DNA of 64,000 bases. Source: a virus. Its lineage: Duplodnaviria > Caudoviricetes. Every line of letters starts with the position of its first letter. Position 1 is the first letter of the stretch. Of the stretch, positions 1-9,714 are shown one piece after another. The position numbers were made by a program, and so were the translations under genes. Below the pieces are notes generated by a model, which was given only the letters and a program-made list of their open reading frames with translations, searched no databases and was not told where the DNA came from. The stretch covers positions 1 through 64,000 of IMG/VR virus record IMGVR_UViG_3300013281_000008. The stretch is one strand, 5' to 3'.

Positions 1-9
1 TTGTTTGGA

Positions 10-606
10 TCATATAATATTAAAAAATGAAATTAAAACTAATCGAGAATTAAATTGATTAGTACCAAATCCATTTATTGGGACTGATCGGTGAAATAGG
101 TCCGAACGTAGGATAAAAGCCCGATTAAAGGCCATCGGACAAAATCCTACTTTAATCCATTTCTCTGAGTTATTCGTATCTCGCTTCCAAATGTCGATTT
201 CCTCTTGAGTTTGAGGGTGGATTTTCATCCCTTCAATATGTTCTAAAATGTCTGTACCGCCCCGACAATCCTCATCCTTGTTTAAATACAACAAGAAAGT
301 ATAGTCTGCTATATTCTTATCGGTATGAGCTTGATGGGGAACATGTACACCTTCTTTAGACATCCGCATAAATGTCATTTTGGGCTGTATTTGACCTTGC
401 TCGAATTCGTCGAACTCGGACATCAAATACTCCAACTTTGTATGGATTTCCAATTTAATATGTTCTGGAATATCAATTGAGATATCTGGGTAGGTTACGC
501 CGTCCTGTGGGTTTACAGCGCCTTCATAAGAACGTTCTATAGCATACTGCCTAAATTCGTCAGCTCGTTCCAGAAAGTCGTCTACGATCAAGGAATGAAG
601 CTTCAT
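10..606 (-). CDS. 2OG-Fe(II) oxygenase-superfamily protein (DUF6445-like)
   Basis: HxD motif (HTD), LLYLN...GGT segment, distal His and Arg (FNR...LFHRS...RLV) typical of the double-stranded beta-helix oxygenases common in phages. Confidence 0.6.
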   Translation of the reverse strand: MKLHSLIVDDFLERADEFRQYAIERSYEGAVNPQDGVTYPDISIDIPEHIKLEIHTKLEYLMSEFDEFEQGQIQPKMTFMRMSKEGVHVPHQAHTDKNIADYTFLLYLNKDEDCRGGTDILEHIEGMKIHPQTQEEIDIWKRDTNNSEKWIKVGFCPMAFNRAFILRSDLFHRSVPINGFGTNQFNSRLVLISFFNII

Positions 607-812
607 TTATCCAACCGCACTGGCTTATCTCGCCATAAAGAATGATTCACATGGGCTCTGATTTCACTTTGTGGCAACCACCACAACTCTCCGCTTTCTA
701 AACACACCAAGTACAATGTATCGGATTCTGGACCATAATCCAACATAGCCCAAAGAACTCCTTCACCTTTCTTAGTAGTTACCCATCTAAGTTGCTGTAA
801 TTCATGGATCAT
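603..812 (-). CDS. hypothetical protein
   Basis: 69-aa ORF, 4-nt overlaps with both neighbours. Confidence 0.5.
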   Translation of the reverse strand: MIHELQQLRWVTTKKGEGVLWAMLDYGPESDTLYLVCLESGELWWLPQSEIRAHVNHSLWRDKPVRLDK

Positions 813-1117
813 TTCTTACTCTTCTCAAAATGTAGATATGGTGCCAAACTTTCTAATGCCGTTACAATGGCCTCTTCGATCTTTCCTGAAATTAGTCCGT
901 TAAGGCCACTTATATCTAGAACCGCATGGAATACTTCGTGAGATAGAACTTCATGTCGTTTTTTCTTCTCTAAAGTTTTGGTTATATATATTTTACCATC
1001 AATATATAATCCTATAGAATCCTTATCTTTAGCTAACTTCGAAATGACACTTTGTTCCACCAAATAGACAGGAACCATTTTTCCAAAGATTGAAAGTTGT
1101 TTCGGGATACTTCCCAT
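809..1117 (-). CDS. small HExxH metallopeptidase-like protein
   Basis: LSHEVFHAVL zincin-like motif. Confidence 0.5.
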   Translation of the reverse strand: MGSIPKQLSIFGKMVPVYLVEQSVISKLAKDKDSIGLYIDGKIYITKTLEKKKRHEVLSHEVFHAVLDISGLNGLISGKIEEAIVTALESLAPYLHFEKSKK

Positions 1118-1121
1118 AAAA

Positions 1122-1694
1122 TCAATTAAAATCTAGAATATAAACAAGGATATCCCCATTGTTCTGCTTAACTCCCGATAACATAAGATTACCGGCCCAA
1201 CAAACAGTTCCAGAACCCTTGTATTGTTTCACTTCTCCGGTCGCGTCATCAGAGGGAACCACGTTGTCGCAGTATTCGATAAGATTGTCTTCACATTGGG
1301 AATTGGGATAAACATCGAACACCTTACCATTATCAATGTTTTCTACCCAAAGACCATCCATCACTTTAGTACACTTATTTTTAGGGGCCAATACTTTAGT
1401 TAATTTTACAGCGTCTTTGCCATCAGCTCCGTCTTTGCCATCAGCTCCGTCTTTGCCATCAGCTCCGTCTTTGCCATCAGCTCCGTCTTTGCCAGCCGGA
1501 CCGGCCAGAAGATCAATAATAGATCCATCGGAACATTGAAGCTGACTTGCATTGATTTGCTTACAACTGAAAGACGACCCGTCTTTACCGTTACTACCGG
1601 AAGCGCCATCTTTTCCAGCTTGAATAAGTTCAACAGTTTCATTACCACAACCGAGTAACGTAATAGTTAAAATGACAGTATTAATTAATTTCAT
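1122..1694 (-). CDS. lipoprotein with collagen-like (GKD/GAD) repeats
   Basis: Likely start ATG 1694 with AAGGAG SD; hydrophobic signal ending LLGC (lipobox); G-X-Y repeats GKDGAD. Confidence 0.65.
   Translation of the reverse strand: MKLINTVILTITLLGCGNETVELIQAGKDGASGSNGKDGSSFSCKQINASQLQCSDGSIIDLLAGPAGKDGADGKDGADGKDGADGKDGADGKDAVKLTKVLAPKNKCTKVMDGLWVENIDNGKVFDVYPNSQCEDNLIEYCDNVVPSDDATGEVKQYKGSGTVCWAGNLMLSGVKQNNGDILVYILDFN
1413..1493. repeat. perfect 18-bp tandem repeat, 4.5 copies (encodes GKDGAD)
   Basis: gtctttgccatcagctcc at 1413, 1431, 1449, 1467 plus a partial copy at 1485. Confidence 0.95.
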
Positions 1695-1704
1695 ATTCTC
1701 TCCT

Positions 1705-2340
1705 TTAAAAATCAAATCCAATATTTAAGAATCCACTTTTATTACTAAACCCAGTAATACCAACGCTCCAAGTTTCCGTAACCAATCTTGAATAACCAAG
1801 CCCAAATACTGGACCATATTTCTGTTCAAATTTAGCATGTGTTTGTGTTAAAATTAGGTTTTTCAATCCATTGGGTCCGACACCACCGTGCACCATAACT
1901 CTATTCTTATTTTGAATCTTGACAACTTCTCTAACTGCTCGAATAGATACAGTATCGACTCTGCGATTGGACTTTAATTCTTTCGATACTGGTAGTTCTT
2001 CACCATAACTAACGAGAATAATTTGCTTTTGCTCAACTCCCTGATTCATTAGTTCTAATGATACCGATAAAGCTCTACGAGCACCCAATTCGATATTGTA
2101 CGATCTATCTCCACGACTATCCGCATTACCAATAACAATGACTTTAAGTTTTTGTTCTTTAATTACCTTAGCGTTCAATTCAATCTTAGGTTGTTCACTG
2201 GGTTTAATATTGGCTTTATCCGTATCAAAATACACGGATTCTAGCTTTTCACCCGTTTCTTCAAAATTACCAAGATATAAATCTTTTGCATTCAAATTAG
2301 TCGAAACCAGCATAACTATAAAACCGATATAATGTCGCAT
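1705..2340 (-). CDS. OmpA/Pal-like peptidoglycan-binding domain protein with C-terminal beta-strands
   Basis: Signal peptide; YFDTD...GNADSRG..YN.ELG.RRA...GE..P...NRRV OmpA_C motif; ends in GFDF (beta-barrel signal-like). Confidence 0.75.
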   Translation of the reverse strand: MRHYIGFIVMLVSTNLNAKDLYLGNFEETGEKLESVYFDTDKANIKPSEQPKIELNAKVIKEQKLKVIVIGNADSRGDRSYNIELGARRALSVSLELMNQGVEQKQIILVSYGEELPVSKELKSNRRVDTVSIRAVREVVKIQNKNRVMVHGGVGPNGLKNLILTQTHAKFEQKYGPVFGLGYSRLVTETWSVGITGFSNKSGFLNIGFDF

Positions 2341-2861
2341 TAAAAGTTTACTCCTAAGCCAATTGTTCCGTGGTTAACGTATCCATTCAATAGATAATTA
2401 TTCTCTAAAAACACTCTTTTGTCAAGAGGTATTTTAATACTAAATGTAGCCCCTCCCATAGGAATAACTTGTATTCCAGCCTTTTTAATGGAGAATAAAG
2501 GGAAATGCCGTTCTGGACGAACTAAAGTACCACCCACAACACCAACGCTAAATACTGATAAGAAGTCAATCTTGGGTCCTAGAAAGAATCCTCCAGAAGG
2601 ATCATTAATTGTATCTTTCATAAAGAATACACTATATTGCATATGCTTAGATTTATACGTTAAATTAACTTCTGGGTGCCAAGTCCAATCTGCATTCTTG
2701 TCTAGCTTTCTAGGAGCCAATGGAGCCAGTTCGGATTGACTTTTTCCATGAAAAGTGAGACCCAAGGGACTCAAAGATATTGAATCCGCTTGGGTCGTTT
2801 CAAAGGGAATTATCCAAAGACTTATAATTAATATAGCATATTTTAAATAATTGTCAAACAT
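2340..2861 (-). CDS. small outer-membrane beta-barrel-like protein
   Basis: Signal peptide, amphipathic beta-strands, C-terminal GLGVNF (terminal Phe). Confidence 0.55.
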   Translation of the reverse strand: MFDNYLKYAILIISLWIIPFETTQADSISLSPLGLTFHGKSQSELAPLAPRKLDKNADWTWHPEVNLTYKSKHMQYSVFFMKDTINDPSGGFFLGPKIDFLSVFSVGVVGGTLVRPERHFPLFSIKKAGIQVIPMGGATFSIKIPLDKRVFLENNYLLNGYVNHGTIGLGVNF

Positions 2862-3070
2862 TATTCACTTCTCTCCTTCAAATCTTCACTAAGCTGTCTC
2901 CAAAGCTGACTCTGAAGCTGACTCCAAAGCTGACTATAAAGCTGATCCCCAAGCTGACTCCAAAGCTGTCTATGAAGCTGACTCTCAAGCTGACTCCCAA
3001 GCTGACCCCTAAGCTGACTATAAAGCTGACTCTTAATATCTTCACCTAAAAAGTCTGAATTATTTTCCAC
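2861..3070 (-). CDS. xxQL-repeat cassette A (12 units)
   Basis: DFLGE head, 12-nt NNNNNNCAGCTT units, EDLKE tail. Confidence 0.8.
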   Translation of the reverse strand: MENNSDFLGEDIKSQLYSQLRGQLGSQLESQLHRQLWSQLGDQLYSQLWSQLQSQLWRQLSEDLKERSE

Positions 3071-3722
3071 CCGTTACTTCTCCGTTACAAAATGGAGGAT
3101 TCTTGAATACAGCGGAAGCTATTAATATAGCCGCCGCTTGATCTTCGTCCTCCCTAACCAAATTTAAATCATAAAGCTCATTTGCAGCCCTAATATAAGC
3201 ATCCTTCTTCGTAAATTTACGAAGCTTATTACCTTGCTCGTCTTTTCGAACGACCTTCTTTCCGGTCTTCTTCTTAAGACGATAGATCTTAGCATTATTG
3301 CTCTTTTCAGCTTTCGAGAATTGTGCTCCCATTAAACGCTTCCAAACTCCATCTCTAATATAAACAACATCTAGTTGGGTCTCGAATAATATATCTATAA
3401 CACAGAAATGAATAAATTCCAAGATCTTTTGAGAATAATTATTCTTGCTTCCAGTTGTTTCTTCTATTGCGATTATATCAATTTTACCATACTTTTGAGA
3501 TAAGTCTCTGATTCTCCTCATGATTTGCTCAGCCATCTCGATAGCAAATATACGATAACCCCAAGGATACCCTTCTTTTTTCTTCTTTTCCCTAAAGAAA
3601 TCAACTAGATGGATAACCCCACTAGTTAGGAGCTTTCCGTCCTGAACCAGAGCAAATCCAGTTTTAGTGCTTAAATCAAGCCCCAGAACTAACATTACTT
3701 TTACCATCCTTATATTCAACAT
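3060..3722 (-). CDS. RuvC-like Holliday junction resolvase
   Basis: LGLDLSTKTG (RuvC-I), IAIEE (RuvC-II), late D..AA.LIA; located at the end of the recombination operon; true start may be slightly downstream. Confidence 0.7.
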   Translation of the reverse strand: MLNIRMVKVMLVLGLDLSTKTGFALVQDGKLLTSGVIHLVDFFREKKKKEGYPWGYRIFAIEMAEQIMRRIRDLSQKYGKIDIIAIEETTGSKNNYSQKILEFIHFCVIDILFETQLDVVYIRDGVWKRLMGAQFSKAEKSNNAKIYRLKKKTGKKVVRKDEQGNKLRKFTKKDAYIRAANELYDLNLVREDEDQAAAILIASAVFKNPPFCNGEVTGGK

Positions 3723-5478
3723 GGACTATATTGTGGACTGAATTCTTAATTAGGCTATTATGTTCTACAATCAATGTAGACCCTTCCAGCTTTTCAAATA
3801 GCTTTAGAAAGCGATTCATCGAAAATTCGCTGAGATTGCTAAAGGGTTCATCGAAGATCCTGAATTGGAATCCATTCTTAATACAAACAATGCTATTTAG
3901 AGCTAAGCTAACTGCCAATTCCACCCGACGCATTTGGCCTCCTGAAAGAAGTCCAAGTGAAAGTTCTTTATCATTAATGTTTATCAATGTTTGAATCTTA
4001 GAAAGCTCGCCTTCCTCACCAAAGTTAGTAAATCTAATAGAAATAGGATGATCGAATAGGTCAACCAAAAGCTCATTTGTTTTAGCTGATAAGAACTCTA
4101 GAATTCCTTCAAATACATATTTCTTGATTTCCCTAAAACTTTCCTTAAGAGTCTCATACTTAGAGCTTAGTGATGTATTAGTTTCTCTTTGAGCGTGGTA
4201 TAAAGAAAGCTTTTCAGATTCTGCTTTGATATCAGATTCAAGCTTCTTAATCTTAGCATCTAAATCATTGACTGCTAAATTGGTAGAATTCTCTAGTTGC
4301 TTCTGGTGTTGTTGGATAAGGAATTCAGACTTCTCAATCTGAGCTTTAAGATTCTGTTCTCGCTTCTCTAACTGTTCGGCTTCGACAAGTTTAGCTCGTA
4401 ATTCTTCCAACTGTGTCTTAATTTCTAGATACTGAGTTTCATTCAATGAAGCAAGTTGTTCAGAAAGCTTTAAGATATTGGCTTCCCGTTCCTTAATTAC
4501 ATTTTGGAGTTGATCTATTTCCTTATTAATCTTGTCTCGGTTATGCACCATTTGACCACAGGTCGGACATTCGGAAGGGTTGTTTAATCCGTCTAACTTC
4601 TTCTTGTTATCAACGAGAGCATTACGAAGGGTATCGATCTTAAATTTCAAACTTTCAGCTGTCTTTTTAATGTCATAAGAAGAAAAGTATTTAGCTTCTA
4701 CTTTTCTAACTTCCAGTTTGAGTTCTTCTGCATTAGATTTAGCCGATTGTCCTTGTAGCCCTTGAAGTCTCTCCAGAATCTTCTTTTCCTCAGCAATCTT
4801 ATTCTGCAAATCTAGTTTGATGTATTCCGCTTGCTGCACAAGCTTGTCCTTAGACGCTTTAGTCTCCTGAAGATTATTATTATGAATCGTAATAATACGA
4901 GCTAGGCTATCAATCTGAGCATCTATCTGAACTGATGCAGTTTTAAGATCTCTAAGCTTCTCATGACAAAGTTTCCTAGCTTTGTCGAACTGAGAGAGAT
5001 TCTGAATCTCAGAAAGAATACGAGCCTTCTCTTCTTCGGAAGCTGTAATAAACTTACTAAAGTTATTCTGGGCAAAGTATACAGTTTGGCAATAGGTATC
5101 GAAATTGAAACCAATTAACTGCTCTATTAGTTTCTGGGTTTCTTTAGCATCCTTACCGAGTATAGGCTCAGATACTAGATTCTTATAGATACCTAGAAAA
5201 TTAGGATTTCTAGTTCGTCGGATTCGAATGCCATTCTTAAGGATAACTTCCACGTCGCAGGACTTCTCGCCATATCGGATAACCTCATCGATCTTTGTTT
5301 CCTTAGGCAGCTTGCCAAACAAGCACCAACTGACCGCATTGAAGATCGAACTCTTGCCACTACCTTCGCTCGTCTGGTCGGTTTCATTCCAACCAGTAAT
5401 TAAGGTAATACCATCTTTGACCTCGAACAGAAGTTCAGACCAAGAGAGGAAGTTCGTCGCTTTAACTCCTGCAATCAT
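3676..5478 (-). CDS. SbcC/Rad50/gp46-like recombination ATPase
   Basis: Walker A GSGKSS, long coiled coil with CPTC zinc hook, signature LSGGQ, Walker B FDEP. Confidence 0.92.
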   Translation of the reverse strand: MIAGVKATNFLSWSELLFEVKDGITLITGWNETDQTSEGSGKSSIFNAVSWCLFGKLPKETKIDEVIRYGEKSCDVEVILKNGIRIRRTRNPNFLGIYKNLVSEPILGKDAKETQKLIEQLIGFNFDTYCQTVYFAQNNFSKFITASEEEKARILSEIQNLSQFDKARKLCHEKLRDLKTASVQIDAQIDSLARIITIHNNNLQETKASKDKLVQQAEYIKLDLQNKIAEEKKILERLQGLQGQSAKSNAEELKLEVRKVEAKYFSSYDIKKTAESLKFKIDTLRNALVDNKKKLDGLNNPSECPTCGQMVHNRDKINKEIDQLQNVIKEREANILKLSEQLASLNETQYLEIKTQLEELRAKLVEAEQLEKREQNLKAQIEKSEFLIQQHQKQLENSTNLAVNDLDAKIKKLESDIKAESEKLSLYHAQRETNTSLSSKYETLKESFREIKKYVFEGILEFLSAKTNELLVDLFDHPISIRFTNFGEEGELSKIQTLININDKELSLGLLSGGQMRRVELAVSLALNSIVCIKNGFQFRIFDEPFSNLSEFSMNRFLKLFEKLEGSTLIVEHNSLIKNSVHNIVHVEYKDGKSNVSSGA

Positions 5479-6433
5479 TTAAAATGCTCAGTCCTAACTG
5501 TTTAGTTTCATCATCTAGCTTTTTGATATTAGAAGCCCAAGTGGTGAACTTAACTTCATTACTCTGGTCCTCTTGTATCTCTAGAGACTTTACCACAGAA
5601 GTGGGTTTTAAGACAAGCTTGACTGTCGGATACTGCTTAAATTTCCTAGCCCAAATATTGATATTCTCAGTAGACCCTTCTAAAACGACCCTATAGTAAT
5701 CCTTGGGATTTTCGTACATCTTCGGAGATTTCTCAATTAAATTATGGATCTCAGTTGCGTCTACATTATAATAATTGGTTATATGATGGGGGAAGTCCGT
5801 TGGTATAAGCTTTGTAATACCGTTATCTAGGTCCCCAATGCCTAGATATTTAATTGGCTCAGTCTCTCCAAAACTATGGCTAAACGGGGTTCCGAGATAG
5901 GTTATATTATCTTCCTTCTGATAGGAATGAAAGTGGCCACTGACCACCCATTTAAAACTGGCTAATTCTTTCCTGTCTATACCGTGTAAATCCTTGATTC
6001 CATTACCATAGTCAAAATGACGGATACTGGCATGACAAACTAAGCTAGTACCGTCATTTTTAAACACCCCTAGAAACTGCCTAAAATCCTCTAGATTGTG
6101 AATATAAGGCATGAATAGTATCTTACCTTTAACCATTGGCTTATCAACGATTGTGACGTGTTTTAGAGCGTTTAAAGTATGGAGGGAGTGTTCGGAGGTA
6201 TAATTATTGAACTGGTCGTGGTTACCTACCAAAATAGTCCATTCTAATTTGGAAGCTTTCAGATTGTCATAAATAGTATTAAGACAGCGGCCTCGAACAA
6301 TTTCCTTGGTGTCTAGTAGATCTCCTAAAAGGATAACTGGATTACCCAGATCCTCAATAATCCTGAATAGCTTATTAATCTTATCTAGATTATCTGGTTT
6401 AGCGTGAAGGTCGCCAACGAACGTATGGTTCAT
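5462..6433 (-). CDS. SbcD/Mre11/gp47-like metallophosphoesterase nuclease
   Basis: GDLH, GD, GNHD, GHFH motifs; adjacent to the SbcC-like gene. Confidence 0.92.
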   Translation of the reverse strand: MNHTFVGDLHAKPDNLDKINKLFRIIEDLGNPVILLGDLLDTKEIVRGRCLNTIYDNLKASKLEWTILVGNHDQFNNYTSEHSLHTLNALKHVTIVDKPMVKGKILFMPYIHNLEDFRQFLGVFKNDGTSLVCHASIRHFDYGNGIKDLHGIDRKELASFKWVVSGHFHSYQKEDNITYLGTPFSHSFGETEPIKYLGIGDLDNGITKLIPTDFPHHITNYYNVDATEIHNLIEKSPKMYENPKDYYRVVLEGSTENINIWARKFKQYPTVKLVLKPTSVVKSLEIQEDQSNEVKFTTWASNIKKLDDETKQLGLSILNDCRS

Positions 6434-6434
6434 A

Positions 6435-6620
6435 TCAACCTTCCCTAAGTTGCTTAATAAGCTTTGGAACTTCCTCTCTATCGTACTTAATGTATAAGTA
6501 TTCTCCTCCGACTCGAAGCTTCAATTTACCACCTTGTCCTTCATCAACAACCGCTTGAATTTGATCTGGTCTAATCCAGATTTTCTCACCGCTAATAAGC
6601 TGAAGTTCTAATAGGTTCAT
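6435..6620 (-). CDS. hypothetical protein
   Basis: 61-aa ORF in operon. Confidence 0.55.
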   Translation of the reverse strand: MNLLELQLISGEKIWIRPDQIQAVVDEGQGGKLKLRVGGEYLYIKYDREEVPKLIKQLREG

Positions 6621-6874
6621 TCTTCCTCCTCATCGGCTTCTTCCAAATATAAAGCGTCATATTGATCAGCCGTATAAACGTTTGATCCTCCAGAACCAAC
6701 GGCTTGGAAGCTTTCAATCAATTCAATAAAAGCATCTTCAAACTCTTCTCGGGCTTTATTGTCCCAGCCCTTTTCCCGGTGAAGAACATAATCTAATTCT
6801 AGAAAGATTTTCTTATTATTCATCACTTTCATCCTCTTCAGATTTGTTATTTGGTAAGATATTAATATGTGCAT
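6617..6874 (-). CDS. hypothetical acidic protein
   Basis: ORF in operon; true start probably internal. Confidence 0.45.
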   Translation of the reverse strand: MHILISYQITNLKRMKVMNNKKIFLELDYVLHREKGWDNKAREEFEDAFIELIESFQAVGSGGSNVYTADQYDALYLEEADEEEE

Positions 6875-7340
6875 CTTCTTTGAAATAAAGCACAGCCGCT
6901 TTATTATAAGCCAAAGCCGCCTCTTCTTCTGTTAAATAATATCCTAATGAAATAGTTTTATAATCTATAGTTATAGTTGCCTGATAACGCTTTTTTCTAT
7001 TTATCGGATGTACCCTTACGCCTTTATATTTTGATTGAGTATTCTTTCTCGGACGCTGATTTCTCATTTGTGTTTTTGGAGTCGCCCAACGCACATTTCC
7101 TGGTTCATAATTTCCATTAACATTTATTCTATCTATTTGGTGCTTATCTGAAGGACAATCTCCAACATCTGTACGAAACTGATTAAAACTATCTAACCAT
7201 GTTTTACAAACTTTTATGCCTCTACCTCCATATAATTCGTAGCCTGTCGATTTAGGATTTATACACCTTTGGCACATATTTTTCCAAATACGATATGTCT
7301 TTGAATAAGACATACCATGTACTTCTTCTTTACGTTTCAT
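6816..7340 (-). CDS. HNH-type homing endonuclease with C-terminal AP2 DNA-binding domain
   Basis: W..M..RC.....Y..YGGRGI.VC..W...IDRI..NGNYEP.NVRWAT, followed by AP2-like SKYKGV...LGYY.TEEEAA.AYN. Confidence 0.85.
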   Translation of the reverse strand: MKRKEEVHGMSYSKTYRIWKNMCQRCINPKSTGYELYGGRGIKVCKTWLDSFNQFRTDVGDCPSDKHQIDRINVNGNYEPGNVRWATPKTQMRNQRPRKNTQSKYKGVRVHPINRKKRYQATITIDYKTISLGYYLTEEEAALAYNKAAVLYFKEDAHINILPNNKSEEDESDE

Positions 7341-8193
7341 TCTTCTTACTCAGTGAAATTCCATCTTTCGTAATGTCTACAATCAGCTTGCGTCCTTGAA
7401 CCCCGGTGTCATCAAAAAGATGCCATTTATAAACTGTCCAAACCGATGTAATACCTTTAATCACTTCCTGACCTTTAGAAGTACCTTTAATATCTGCCAT
7501 TCTATTAACGTGCATAATAACGCTGGCGAAGAAATCTAGACCTTTACCGCCTGTTCTAGATTGTCCATGTGATCCTAGATTATCATATGTTTGATTAATC
7601 ACAAGCATATGAATCTGATCTTTTGCAAGTCTAGGAACTAAGCGTCTAAATCCTCTTTTTGAAGCTTTAGCCGCTGCACCGAGTTGCATTACGTCCTCAT
7701 TAGTGGTGTCCATTTCCTTGATAGACGGAGTATTACCCAATGAATCAATAACTACTAGAATCCTACAATCCGGGTCCGTATCTTTAAAATGTTCGATGTA
7801 TTCTTCGATCCCGTCAAACATTTCTTCTAAGAAATCAGGTTGAATAAGGCCGATCTTATCGGGATTAACTCCCCATGCTTCTAATCTTGTTTTTGTCGTT
7901 TTTTTCTCACTGTCGGCTAAAATAACAGCAACTCCTTGTTCCTGCGCTGCTTTCATGGCTTGAATGGAAAAACTAGTCTTACCTGAATTTTCCTTACCTG
8001 CCCATTCGAAGATATAACCAAAAGGAAGTCCTTTGATTTTAAAGGTTTCTTGAAACCAAGAAGGTAGTTCTATACAATTGTCTGGATTCTTAAGACTTGC
8101 GCCAGTATTAAAGATATCTGCCTTTTTCTTATCGTTTTTAAACTTAGCCTTAATCTTGGCAACAATCTTATCCATGTCAATTTTATCAGACAT
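7330..8193 (-). CDS. RecA/UvsX-like recombinase
   Basis: Walker A GKENSGKT, DSE, VIDSL, INQ, GGKGLDF.AS RecA motifs. Confidence 0.88.
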   Translation of the reverse strand: MSDKIDMDKIVAKIKAKFKNDKKKADIFNTGASLKNPDNCIELPSWFQETFKIKGLPFGYIFEWAGKENSGKTSFSIQAMKAAQEQGVAVILADSEKKTTKTRLEAWGVNPDKIGLIQPDFLEEMFDGIEEYIEHFKDTDPDCRILVVIDSLGNTPSIKEMDTTNEDVMQLGAAAKASKRGFRRLVPRLAKDQIHMLVINQTYDNLGSHGQSRTGGKGLDFFASVIMHVNRMADIKGTSKGQEVIKGITSVWTVYKWHLFDDTGVQGRKLIVDITKDGISLSKKNET

Positions 8194-8618
8194 TAAAATC
8201 CTTCCTTCAATCCACTTGCCATTTGACGGTACATAACGTGCCCATTCTTAAAGATATCTAGATAGGTTCTAACAACCCCCATCTTATTTTCAATTTCTTC
8301 AAACTTCTCTCTAACGTCGATATAATCGGGCATCGCTTCGGCATTAGCTTTTCTCTTAGTCGCATCGCTTCCTTCTGCTAAGTTAAGGGCTTTAGCATAC
8401 TCGACGTCTTTAAGACTAGAGAACTTAATAAGATCATTAGTTAAAGAGTGATGATAAGCTGCCAAATGTGACTGAGCAACCAAAAGTTCAGAAGCACGTC
8501 GCTGAGCTTCAGAGTCGGAAACCGCCCCTTCAGTTGGTAGCATCGAAATATACTTTTCAAGAAATTCATCAATATTCTCCATCCTTATTTTCTCCTTTTT
8601 AAAGGTATTTGCACGCAA
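8193..8618 (-). CDS. helical protein, possibly a UvsY-like recombination mediator
   Basis: Directly upstream of the recA-like gene; size and helical character similar; no diagnostic motif; start may be ATG 8582. Confidence 0.35.
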   Translation of the reverse strand: MRANTFKKEKIRMENIDEFLEKYISMLPTEGAVSDSEAQRRASELLVAQSHLAAYHHSLTNDLIKFSSLKDVEYAKALNLAEGSDATKRKANAEAMPDYIDVREKFEEIENKMGVVRTYLDIFKNGHVMYRQMASGLKEGF

Positions 8619-8674
8619 AATCCAGTTAATTCATTCTTCAAATTCTTTATAGCTGTTTGACATTCTATTTCAGT

Positions 8675-8704
8675 ATTATATCTCCCTAAACTATATATTG
8701 TCAA
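8675..8704 (-). promoter_or_regulatory. sigma70-type promoter TTGACA-N18-TATAAT
   Basis: Perfect consensus hexamers in the intergenic gap upstream of the recombination operon. Confidence 0.75.
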
Positions 8705-8754
8705 GTTAGATATATTATCTTGTGTCTTTACTAGAAATAAGAAAATCCATTCCA

Positions 8755-8946
8755 TCATTTCTTCTCCGGAGCTGAAGTATGTTCAAAAATTCCTCGAAAT
8801 AAAATGAGAGCGACGGTCTTGGCATCCTCAATATCTTTCATGACGATGGTCCCACCACCCCAATTCAATGTGAAATAGGATTGCGGCGAAATCATTAGAA
8901 CGGGCTCTGATTTTGTTTCTACAATTTTAAATACATCTTCACTCAC
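8755..8946 (-). CDS. hypothetical protein
   Basis: 63-aa ORF with GGAGGA SD. Confidence 0.5.
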   Translation of the reverse strand: MSEDVFKIVETKSEPVLMISPQSYFTLNWGGGTIVMKDIEDAKTVALILFRGIFEHTSAPEKK

Positions 8947-8966
8947 ACAGTCCTCCTAGCTGGGGG

Positions 8967-9152
8967 TCATCCAACTCTCTCCGTTTTTAGTTCCCCGGTT
9001 TCCTTATCAAAATCATAACGAACCACGATGAAACCATTGATAACCAGGTCTTCCATAAGTTTTTCAGAAAACTTAATTTTTGAGGCGATTTTCCTAATCA
9101 CCTCTTTGGCTTTTTGATCTTCAAAATATCCCTCATAGTCATCCTCACTCAT
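8967..9152 (-). CDS. hypothetical protein
   Basis: 61-aa ORF. Confidence 0.5.
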   Translation of the reverse strand: MSEDDYEGYFEDQKAKEVIRKIASKIKFSEKLMEDLVINGFIVVRYDFDKETGELKTERVG

Positions 9153-9530
9153 CCCTCACCGCCTCATAAGTCGCTTCGAATTTCTTAGCCCATGCGATGT
9201 CGAGCTTCTCAACCCGATACTTCTTCATCAACTCTGCTAGTTCTTTCAAAAACTCATTTCGAGACTTTTCTGATGAATAGGTAAAAGCTCCGTTCACTTC
9301 GCCAACTAACTCACTCATATAACCTCCACCACGACCGGCCTCTTGCGGTATTTCATAAATCTTCTGCTTTCCTACCTTTTTCGTACATGTATAATTGTGA
9401 AATCGTTATAGCAAGAGTTGCCACTCCAGACAAGAGTAAAGAACTCACCATATTATCAGGTCCTCCCGCCAAACCAACGCAGAAGCCAGAAACCATAACG
9501 CCCATATATCTAAGTAAGAAATCCATTTAA

Positions 9531-9713
9531 TTATCCTTGTTTAAGTTCTTCTAGTTTATCTTCTGAAATAATATCTAAACTAACATTTTGTTTACCTAAT
9601 TGCTTTTCTAAAGAGCTAAATAAATTAAACATAAAAATATAATCCGAATTATTATGTTCTTCTTCAAACCGATAAACAATCTCACTTGATTTAAATTTAA
9701 AATGAGCCAACAT
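9531..9713 (-). CDS. hypothetical protein
   Basis: 60-aa ORF. Confidence 0.45.
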   Translation of the reverse strand: MLAHFKFKSSEIVYRFEEEHNNSDYIFMFNLFSSLEKQLGKQNVSLDIISEDKLEELKQG

Positions 9714-9714
9714 A

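Noticed and set aside
3060-3722. RuvC-like protein as a TnpB/Cas12-type RNA-guided nuclease using the ncRNA
   Set aside because: Only about 220 aa with a contiguous resolvase-type RuvC in a recombination operon; lacks REC, WED and zinc-finger regions
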